This document shows positions 38,526 to 49,500 of a DNA stretch of 64,000 bases, in pieces (position 1 is the stretch's first letter; each line of letters begins with the position of its first letter). The notes under the pieces were generated by a model that was not told the DNA's origin, did not search any database, and was given only the letters and a program-made list of their open reading frames with translations. This DNA comes from Lingula anatina (taxonomy: Eukaryota > Animalia > Brachiopoda): contig CM120640.1 of NCBI GenBank assembly GCA_051362555.1, forward strand, positions 8,184,001 to 8,248,000, given 5' to 3'. The position numbers were made by a program, and so were the translations under genes.

Positions 38526-41500
38526 CGTGCGTGTGTGTGTTAATCTAAAAAAACATTGTTTAACGCCATTTATAGCAAATTATAACACTACTCCAAAATT
38601 AATCTCAAAATAAGATATTAAATTGAGGTATCAAGTCACGCACATGAAAATATTAAAAAACATACAGGAAGAGATATGCCAGTCTGCCCGCCATATTAGT
38701 GTTTAATCTGAAATAACGTAAAGCACCCCGCTGCTTTGTGTGGAGTTCGATGCCGTTTTAAAGTAATAAAGACCGATCTCATCGTTTAACGCATAAATTT
38801 CTCTCTTTAAAAGCATTAATAGTCCAGCTCTCGGTGCGCGCTTTCCCAGTGGAGTTCCATTCACTCGGTCGTGGGTGCGGGCACCTTGAATAGGTGTGGG
38901 GCTGGGGTGATGGGTGAAGTGTCATTAGCACCCTCTTTACACGCAGGATATAATTAATACACATAAATTTGATTAGTAAGGCAGTCAAAAAAAGTAGAGA
39001 TAAATCACAAGAAAAGCAAATGAGAACATTTCCTTAAGTTGTTCAATAAATCAATTGTGGCACTTTTTTGCGACAGTGTCGTTCATAGTACCTGCCCCAG
39101 GGCAGAACGCTTCTTAGAAATGTAAATTGTTCTGTTGACAAGAGTGATAGGGAAAGGAAAGGTGACAGAACCATTTGTTCCTACGGTTGACATTGTTCTT
39201 TCATTTTTCATGAATATAATAGACTTGTCAAATTAAAGAAATTATTATTTGTAATGCACATAAATCACACAGAGCCTACAAACACTGGTTTTATGGTGCA
39301 TGCGAAAAGATACTGCATGTTGGCTTTAGCAATGGTTTTCAGGATGGCTTAACTTATTCGGGGAAATATTTGATGAAACTCAACTGACTGACTTTAAAAC
39401 AACGTGAAACGGTTTTAACAGAATTATCTAGCGTTAAAAAAGGGCACTCTGGATTTTTTGTTGTTGTTTTATTCAGGTGTTGGTTGCCGTCTTAAGTGAT
39501 TGCAGTCAGTTTTCTGGGAATGTTTTAAAGCCTACCCAGAAGTGCACGGTTTGTTTGATCGAATTTAGTCAAGACTTGAAGCAATGGGACTTAACTTGGA
39601 ACAATCTTATTTCTGAAGTGAAAACGATAGTTAAAACAAAGATTCTCGTGGGTCTCGCTTATTGTCTGTAAATTAATTTAGAAACCATTTTGCTTTTAAA
39701 TTACTCTTAATTAAGTGCGCCGAGTCTGAGAACAATGAAAAATTTATTAGCTGTGCAGCAAAGTCCGGATATTCATGGAAAGAAAGCGCCGTTACACGAA
39801 TATAGTGGGTGGAAAATATACGCTATTCTAACTCCAAACAGACTAGGCAGAGAGAAATGAATTTTCTTTCTTTTTTTCATTACTACTGTGTATGTTTTCG
39901 CCGATATATAAAACACGATGTTTGGCGTTTCCAGTTAGAATTTACTGGCTGGTGAGTGCTTAGATTTCCTTAATGTGCTACTACACAGTAATTCGTCTGT
40001 AGCTGCGAGACGAAAAGGTGTTTCCTTATTGGTAGTTTTCACATCAGCTTGGGTTCCAACATTTATCATGGCTTTATCGCCCCGTATTTACCGATGATCT
40101 ACTCTGAAGGACTACATACGTTACGTTTGGATTACTACTCGTAGCGAGAGTTCAGAAGCTGTCGATATTAATCATTCGTTCAATTGGCGCCTTGACGACC
40201 CATGAAAAAATTCTCGAACACTTGTCTTCATTCACGTTTTGCTCGTGACAGATGAAAGTATGTAATATTTAATACGCTAATGGCCTTTTGCTTAAATCAC
40301 CTTGATGCCAAAATGATTAGATCAGGTAAATGTGCGGCTTTTACAGCTTAGCTTTTAAGGCATCGCCCAAAGAAAATCACAATAATATCTTTTCAAACTA
40401 CTTTAACTGCCTGTAGATGACCTCGTACTACTTCTTGATATCTGGTCATGGGATGCAAAATAATTGTTTCGTTTGCCAAATTGCATTCGTCAAATACAGG
40501 TCTACTCTGTTTTCAAAATAGCCACTACCTTTCTTCTAAATAGCAAATTACCCGGTCATAACTGAATCAGCAATGGCCACAACACATAAGAGAAATATCT
40601 GACATTGAATATTATAGAATCGCCATATTTGTATTTGTTTTGAAATGGTTACATCATCTGACATTTATCGGTGAATTTATAGGTCTTCACAAAGGTAAAT
40701 CACGATGAATAAAAAGATATTTATATTTAAAAGAAAAAAGTGTGCTAATTAAATCCACTGTGGCAGAGTGCTCACTAAAGTCATAGTAGACTACGGTGAT
40801 GATTAGTCAAAGAACGATTGATATTATCATATCTAATCGTTCCCTTATTTCCTCTCGACCGTCACATCTAGTTTTTCATTTGCGATTACCGTTATTTCCT
40901 GCCTTCGATATGTGTGCATCAGAAGTACCTACAAAAAAGAACACTAATATATTGCTATCATTATTTCATTAAAGAGGTGTCACTGCGGAAATCCAACTGG
41001 AATGAAAATTGATAGGCTATCCGCGAAATAGCCGCTTCTGGGACGCTCGAAATGACTAATGAATGGATTCTGCTAAACAGTTGAAATATTGTCGGAGTAA
41101 GAGTGTTTGTCTTTTAAAAAGCCGTTTGAGTATTTTATGAGGCACAAAGTCCCGTTTCATTATCCTTTCAAAATCTAATTCAGGCGTCAAAGCCGTCCCA
41201 TGGGAACTCGGAAATACTGCTTTCGTTGGATTTGAATAGCTATTCAATTATTCAGAAGCGCTTCTTTTCCTGAGTTAGAATCATGACGCGTTTATTTCTG
41301 AATTAGAAATCAACACATGGTGTAGAAACGAACCATTTGAATGAAATAACTGTCGGTAAAATAAACATTAGATAAAAGAAGGTTGCATCTGCGGTGCACG
41401 CCCCATATATTTGTATTATTTTGAAATCGTGTTTTTTTAGGTTTAGAGTAAGCCATTTGTTCTTTTTATACTTGTAGGCGACAAACCAACGAGGAAAGAG

Positions 41501-41839
41501 ATTCAGAGCATCATGTAGTCAATATGTACATGACGAACCAAAATTTCATAATTTAGATATTATGCAGGACGGTGAAATTTGGAACTCTATTTGTAAACAA
41601 GGACTTTCCTCTGCTCTTCCAGGAGACAAACTGCAGAAGAGAGGGAGGCGGAACGACAAGCAGCAAACCGCTTCATGATGAGTCTCCAGGCAGAAGCATC
41701 AAAGACCATATATGACACGCGGGACCCCCTCGTTCTTAGCAACGCGTCTCTGCATGCTCTGCAAAATCTGCAGCCCTGGGCCGAGACAGAAAACAGCGAA
41801 GACAGGCCCAACTATCACGACTCTCCATCTTTGGTTTAA
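34123..41839 (+). CDS. Tlx: Tlx (Hox11/C15) NK-class homeobox transcription factor; join(34123..34561,38215..38431,41623..41839), 290 aa
   Basis: Exon 1: eh1 [19 protein letters not shown], hexapeptide FPWME, KDRL. Exon 2: [22 protein letters not shown]...[13 protein letters not shown] (Thr47). Exon 3: [16 protein letters not shown]...[11 protein letters not shown]. All junctions are GT-AG with consistent phases (1, 2). AATAAA at 42156-42161. Confidence 0.97.
38464..38540. repeat. Compound (CT)n-(TG)n microsatellite near the 5' end of Tlx intron 2
   Basis: Read directly; begins about 32 nt after the exon 2 donor. Confidence 0.95.
41478..41556 (+). CDS. Tlx: Putative alternative Tlx terminal coding exon (diverged duplicate of the exon 3 start): (R)[25 protein letters not shown]
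   Basis: Acceptor TTCTTTTTATACTTGTAG|G is in the same phase 2 as canonical exon 3; the peptide aligns without gaps to [19 protein letters not shown]. Confidence 0.7.
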
Positions 41840-44800
41840 ATATGTAGGCGCTGACAGCGTTCTGGCGGTGACAATATACTATATCTTTATCAGAGTAATA
41901 AGGTAACAGATGATATTGCAGAGAACACACATGAGACTATTCTATCGATAGACGGGGATTTATAAGTGTGGATGGCCGGGTGTATATTGTAAATTTAGTT
42001 ATAGGATTGAAATTGATTTTCCTTGCATAAACAGAGGCGAGACTTATGACCTAGTGCAACGGGCAATTCATGACATTTAGCTGTATAAAAGTGAGAGAGA
42101 CAAAAAATATTTATATAAAAATAACTTTAATTTTTGGTTTCTTTTTTCATTTTTTAATAAAATGTTGCCTTCTTGTGTATTTTTATTTTTATTTTTTTTC
42201 TTTGTGTGTGTGTGTGACTTTTCAGTCCGTTTTCAATATCCATAAAGCTGTTGTTACTTTAAAAGAAATTGCAGTTTTAGGGTTTGAAATCTTAATCTAA
42301 TATAATTACATCCGGTTAACAATCTGTTGTAGTGAGATTATCTTCATTGATTGTAAAATTAACAACCTCAAAAAAAGTTTGTGAACGATATATCGCGTGT
42401 TGCGGACGCCCATAAAAAGCACTGTTGAACTTCTAAAGCGAAGTGACTTTTTCCATTAATTTGAACAAATGGCGCTTCCTCGGTCACAACAAAGAGGAGG
42501 GCAACACCTTTTGCGACATTGCTTATGACCTTATCTTTAGGCACAGAGTTCTAATGAGGAGGCACTTGATGCAAATACTGAATATTCCAATTGTTCGAAC
42601 GACACGTTTGAGATATATTTTAATACATGATTAATATTCTTTTATTTTAGTTCATTTTAACCAAGCTTAAAATATTTAGTTTTGCTTTAAAAATATATAA
42701 AAAAAAGAATGATCATTTTCTCATATTGAGATTATGACTATTAGCAATGCGCCCCTAACAGAGGTCCTGGTATTTAGTTGCCGTTATGAACCTTTCTTTT
42801 TAAAAAATAATAGATACACTGGTACTGAATGAAGGATTAGCTTGAATAAATACGGAAATGTTATTAAAAACATTATATAATAATGTGCATCTGTATTATA
42901 CTCTGAAGTTCAACGAAACAGATGGAATTAAATATTTAATTCTTTCACACTAGACGACTTTACAAAACAAATTAAAAGAATAAAATGGATTGATCGAACA
43001 AGACTGTAGTCAAGTCAGTGAAATAAAATATACATAATCGCAGCAAATCAAGCTTGTGGCCAGGTTTTAGAAGCAAAGCTCAGAAGCTGCACAAGGCCTC
43101 GTCCTGATCGCATTGTTAACTCTTCTGTGCAGCGCAACGACAAAGCAACCCGAAGCTTGACTCAGAGAGGAAACATAACATCAATATAATGTACATGGGA
43201 AGTATGCGTTAGTGATGTGAACTAAATCTTTAATATTCTATCAACCCACTCTGAAAAAGAATGAAGATTAAACGTTGCTATCAATTAATCTTATTGGCGA
43301 TGATTTAGACCATCAGCCAACCTAATGGACAATTAATCTGACTTTTGTTTTAACAGTAGATGAATTTGTGCGCATGGTTGCACCTGCTGAGAAATAAGGC
43401 TCTGGGTTTTTCGACGACCTGAGGGATAGACTTTTTTCAATATTATCCATTAGAACACCGATCTTAGGTTATTAGCTGAAAACGTACAAGCCCTAACGAT
43501 TTGTGGTAAGCTTCTCATTCCTCTAGGGACAAGATATTGCAAACGCATCATTTATTCAAACACTGCCATGCACAATAGAATAAATGGTGGTAGTCAAACA
43601 ATACATAATCATCATACAAGGGTCAGTTCATTTGAAAAGTGATTATCGGTGAATTAATTGCGGTAATTTGTGGCTGGGTAGCGATTGCAGATCTATTAAG
43701 TGAACAACCAATGTAATTACCAAACAGAGAGTATTGGAAAACGCTTTTGAGCCTGAAGTTTAATCAAGTGATAAGCGCCGTGAAACAGACCAGATCCAGT
43801 GCTAATATATGGAGAATTCAATTGCTACTGTACCTTACACTAATTCAACATCAGAGTTATTTCATTAAGGTTTTATAGGATCGGTGAAAGCATTGAGTTT
43901 ATGAGAGATTTCTAAAAATCCATGATTCTACCTTGGTCGCCTTTACTTTGTCTAAGCTGCACTGTCGGTGCAAGGATATTGCATTTTCAATAAACACGCT
44001 GTACACTTCAGATACTTAGAATTGACTTATTGCTATAAATAATGTACTTAGCTTTCACCTTTTACGCTGTCCAGTTGCGTCAACGGACTAAGAGAAACTA
44101 CTAGGCTTATGTGTGAAATACGTCTTTCGCTGTGTAGCTTCAGTTACGGCAGAGCATGATAAGTAAGTATCTCTTCATTTATGTTTTTGTGAAATCCTGA
44201 AATGAACCTAAACGCATTTTCTTGTTTTTAGGGCCATAAAAATTATTATTCAAATAATTACGCTGCGATTTTACAATCACTGACGAATGACTTTGTAATA
44301 AATAGTCTGCGAAAAAATTACATTCGATTTTACATCATTATTTGAGGTAGTCATGATTTCTGGGTTATAGATAATTGAATTATTTATCCGATGTTAACTT
44401 AATAAGGTGCCTGTTCTTTTTTTAAACAGATTCAACATGGCAGGAGGAAATTTACGATTGTGATAAAGACAAATATTGACTAGCGATGTGTGAATCAAGC
44501 AGAGATTTGATGATTAAGTTTTTTGTTGACCTGATATAATACAACTTTTATTTCCCTCAGCGTTTATGTCGACATCACGCAGGCCGCTTCGCATGAAAGT
44601 ACAATTAAACGAAGACATGTTTGCCCTGTTAACAAATAGATTTACTTGTGGAATTTTTGTATCAAGGGAAATTTAGAAAAATCTCCAACATTCAATATTC
44701 ATGCATCTCAAAACTACGTTGCATCAACTAAAACGTATTAAACTTCATTCGACGTAAGGAGCATATTCAAAGTATGCCTTCCAATGGGACGTGTCACCAC

Positions 44801-46526
44801 AAACCTGTCCGCATTCAACTCACGTACTAAAAGTACATGTTAATCGAATTCCCTGTATCTCGGCAAAGTTTGAGTACTACGGTATTACCCAAGTAGATTT
44901 GATTTTTTCCTACCCGAGTCTGGTAAGTGTTCTCTAAAACAAATTACGGCCTATGATAGCTATCAACTTAAAAGGCCTTTAATTACTTTTGCCCCCGGAG
45001 TTAAAACAATATAAATTATACAAATGGTGAAGAGCGTTAATTAAAGGCACTGACAAAGAAAGACCAGACCACCCTGTTTAAAAAAGAGCCGCCAAATCTA
45101 CATGCAAAAAAGTGCAAAAAACAATTAGGTATTGGGCATCGTTTTCCTTGATGTGCCTTAGCAGAGGATGTATTTCCGCCCAACGTAAATAGAACGAAGC
45201 TATTTGAAAGATGTACCATAAGGGTCGGTTATAATGTCATAAACCAACGTCTTGATTTGTAAATCCACATCCCCTATCAAGCACTATCAGGGGCTTTGTG
45301 TTTTATATCAAATGCTTAAAGCCACTGGAGTTTAGATTGAAAGTTGTTCTCTCATACCCTAATGTGCAAAACAGTTACGTCTATCCTGCTTTACCAGAAG
45401 CGTCTTCTTAAAAAACAATTCCGTTTAGTTTATATTGCCATAATTACTCCATGTAATCTTGCCACTTCTGGGCTTTCATTGGTCTCTGGTTTCTCTCAGA
45501 GCATAAAAACCTCAAGTGCCCGGGAATTATAGTTAGCTCCTATTCCCTTCTTAAGCATGGGTGGGCAAATGGTGAAGTTCAAAAGTGTCCAACAAAATCC
45601 CCATTGCTGTGATATAAACTTTCACAGCTAACGCATTTGAATATAAAGCACCCAATAGAAAAAAACGCCCCTTGATTGCTTTAAAAGCAAATGTCAATAG
45701 AAATATACGTCGGTAACTAAACTACACTACAAGTCCATTTACCAAAGTCTCTTGAAATTTTAGGTTCTTTGCTAATTAACCACTAGCTGGGTCAGAGAAG
45801 GACTTGTTTCGCTTAGTATTTAGAGATATTTCTCTGGGTAAATTCTGTGCGCATTCCTGTCCAGCGAGAATTTTTGCAGATTTGTTTTGTAGGCTACAGA
45901 ACTGATGCCATCACTCAGCTGGCCTGTAATAGAGATTATTTGTTTATTTAACTGTGATGCCCAATCCTAACGCCTTTTCCTTCTGGATAGCATTTATCAT
46001 TTACCTATATGTGTTGTATTATTTGTCAACTTCAGTCCTTCTATGTCGTTGGTTTATCTAAAATTTTGCATTTTACCGCTAGACCTATAGGCCTATATTT
46101 CAGTGTAGACATATATGTGTGGATAGCCTGGAGTCTTTAGTCTTGACAGATTTGGTGGCCACAGTCCTGACCGTGTAATAGTTTTGGAGCATTCGAGTCC
46201 AGCAATATCAAATGAAGGTTTATTCTATCGTCTTAACGATATATACACGAACAACTGAATTCATATTAACAAATAGAAAAAAAGGTGAAAAACGGGGAAT
46301 AAATGATCGATTTATTGGAAAATATTAGCTAATATTTATTAACAAATCATTTATTGATAAATATAAGCTGATACCGTCCTTAAGGAAAGAACTAGATAGA
46401 AATTTTCTCAATTATGAAAAATCTGAATACAAAGTTCTTGTAAAGATATTGTGTGATATATATTTCTCCATGCGTTTGGTTAAGAACTCACTCTTGTGCA
46501 CTGGAGGAAATAAAATTGCTACCCAA

Positions 46527-49500
46527 ATGGCCGCTCAAGGAATAAGCGGCAGCGTGCTGCTGCTGCGACAATTAAAGCGGCCTACTACTCTAAGGTAATG
46601 CTTTTTATTGGGTTGTTAGATTGTCATTAATGTCCAAAATTAGCCTCGCCAAAAGGATGTTTTTCAAAACACATTAAGGTATGGGTTTTTGTAAAGTAAT
46701 TGATGGAAAAATTTTGGTCGTCTTGGTATTCTAGAAGTCGGGAGTGACCTACCTTACTGCAAATCAAATGTGTTTACAACTCGGTGACTAGTACTACTAG
46801 TAGCACTAGCACGAAAATTCATGCTTTAGCACTCCAGTCTCTGATATGCACTGTTGCGCTTAGTCATGAAAGATATGGCGCCTGTAACTGTAAAATGGCG
46901 ACAAGCTTGCGCATCCACCAGGCTGTGGTGGCCCTGAAAGAAATACCGGTGTGGCGTGTACCGCTCGGACCGTGAACCATCCGTTCTGCTCATGCACACA
47001 AAGCGGCGGCAAATCTGAGATACTTCCAGCGTGTATGTCCGTCTCTATAGAGTCATCAATACATTCTTAACCTTTAATAAACAAACACTGTTGAGAACAT
47101 ACTGCAAATTCAAACGTAATCTTTAGAAGTATTCATATCTTATAGATGTTCACCTCTACTGCGATTTCCCTCAGGTGGTCATATCAACACACTAGCCTAG
47201 TAAAATCAATACAAAAATAGTAGCTAGCAGCTGAATAACGACGGCCCGTCCATGGTAGGTTCATCTATGCGTCGAACTGTAATTTGACGCTGATTCTCTA
47301 TGAAAATTATCAATTAACACGTGAATTTTATCCCCATCATAGTAAATGTATAATTTGGTAGGAAATGAACTAGCCGAATATAACAGTACTGGTGAATAAC
47401 AACGGATCATTCACGGAACGGCTCATACACGCGTCTGCTGCGTGTACAATCAGTCAGCACGGATGGTTCACGTGTACGGTCCGTTCTGCGTGTGTTGATA
47501 TGGCCACCTGAGGGAAATCACAGTAGAGGTGAACATCTAAAAGATATGAATACTTCTAAATATTATGTTTGAATTTGCAGTATGTTCTCAACAGCGCATG
47601 TTTATTAAAGGCTAAGAATGTATTCATGACTATTGAGACGGACTGTACACGCCGGAAGTCTCTCAGATTTGCCTGCGCTTTGTGCGCATGAGCAGAACGG
47701 ATTGTTCACGCTCCGAGCGGTACACGCCATACCGGGATATTTATTTTTCCTCTTATCTCCTCAAGTTGCACACTCCTGGAACAGTGATTAAGGTAAAATT
47801 CATCGGCTCGTCTACCAGTTTTGTTACCGTGAAATCACTTACCCTCAGAAAAGAATTGAGTTGAAGTGGCCACTAAGTATGTAAGGTGCCCATTGTTTCC
47901 TGCCCATCAGCAAACTCTCAAACAATCTTGAGGACCAAGCAAATTCTGCCGCATTTGATCCTGTACACTACCTTGTTTCTTGGAGGAGAATATATTATGT
48001 CACTCGTGTTCCTACCATTTGGATTCCAGTGATGGCTGCATCAATCCCCATTTCAATGGGTGTGTGATTTCAGAGCAAGATAACTTGGTAGTCGAGCAGA
48101 TAAATCTTACCTCAAAATTACATATAAAGTGAGGGTTGATTCCCTGTGAGACATATTAATCACTTATGTCAATTTTGTTTATGTTACTCAAATAAAGGCC
48201 ACATGCAAAAGGACAAACTTAATTTATCACACGTTCATGAATAAAAAAAAAAAATCGGTATTCTGTCTCTGAAGTGAATCAAGTCAGAATCTAAAACAAA
48301 TAGGTTTGACAAAAATAATCTGAGATCTTAAAGTTTTGAGATCTTCCCAGATATTTATGGTCCCAAAAGTTTCAGAGACTTGATTAAAACCCTATACTCT
48401 GTCCATCTTCTATGTTAAATGATCTTTTGCAGTACAAGGTTTCATCGGCATGTTAGTGTAAAGTTACCAGCTAGTATACGCTGGAGAGAAAAGCTGGCCG
48501 GGCATTACGAAGAAGATATTCCTTTTTTTACTCAAGAGGAACTGTCTGCTCCAAAAGGTATGTGCCGTGCCAAAATGGGCATGATCTGGTTCAAACTTCA
48601 GTTACCATGCAGGACATGGTCAGGTTTTGACATATTTTTCCTAACAAGACTATATTTTTGGGCACTTTAATTGCCATGGTCAGATGTTCAGCTAATGCTG
48701 CAGAGTAATTTCTAACTTTGTTTCCCCCCCCCCTCCCAAAAAAAAGTATAGCGTATCTCTCATAGGCATGCCAAATTTACTTAGAATTAAGAACATTTCA
48801 GACTTCATTTTTTTATGTTCACTATCTGTTATATCCAGATTTATGTAGACAATCTGTTATGTGTTATAGTGCCAATGGTTAAGCATTACAATTTACTTTT
48901 CAGATGTAGAAACAGTGAACCCTCCAAATAAAGTTCCAAGGTAGGGTTGGTGATATATTTTTTATATTTTTTCCTTGAATGATTGCTTGTACAAGGATAT
49001 AAAAAACATGCCAATAGAATTTAGGGGTGGTTAAAACATGCCAATAGAATTTAAGAGGTGGTTAAAAATGAGCCCATAGAAAAATGATATAGTTGCTGTA
49101 ACAGTTCATCATTTTTTTCATCTATTTATGTGTACATGTAATTTTGATTAAAGAACTGGTTTTCTGTGGGAAATTTATGTCAGACCTTATTTTTCTGTTG
49201 GGTATATCATTGAAAAAGTCTGCAAAATGCAAAAAACCTGTCTGGAAATCACTATTAGAGGTCACTTTCTCTAAGAACTGACACAAAAGCACAGGGCTCA
49301 ACGTTAAAGACTGTCCAACTGTTAGGGAACAAAAATTTTGAATACAATTTTTGTTGCTTACAAATGTCTCTTTGCTGCAATTTGTTTATACATGGAAAAG
49401 CACCAGCCAGTTTAAAGTTGCTATTAACAGCTACTAAACTGGCACATGTTCTAAGGTATATCAAGCAAGTGATGTCATGCTGCAAGCTTCTTGGTTAGTA

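Noticed and set aside
46895-46945. Second ATG (AAAATGGCG; MATSLRIHQAVVALKE) as an alternative PTCD3 first exon
   Set aside because: No splice donor before the foldback element or after removing it; the exon at 46527-46594 already joins exon 2 in phase.
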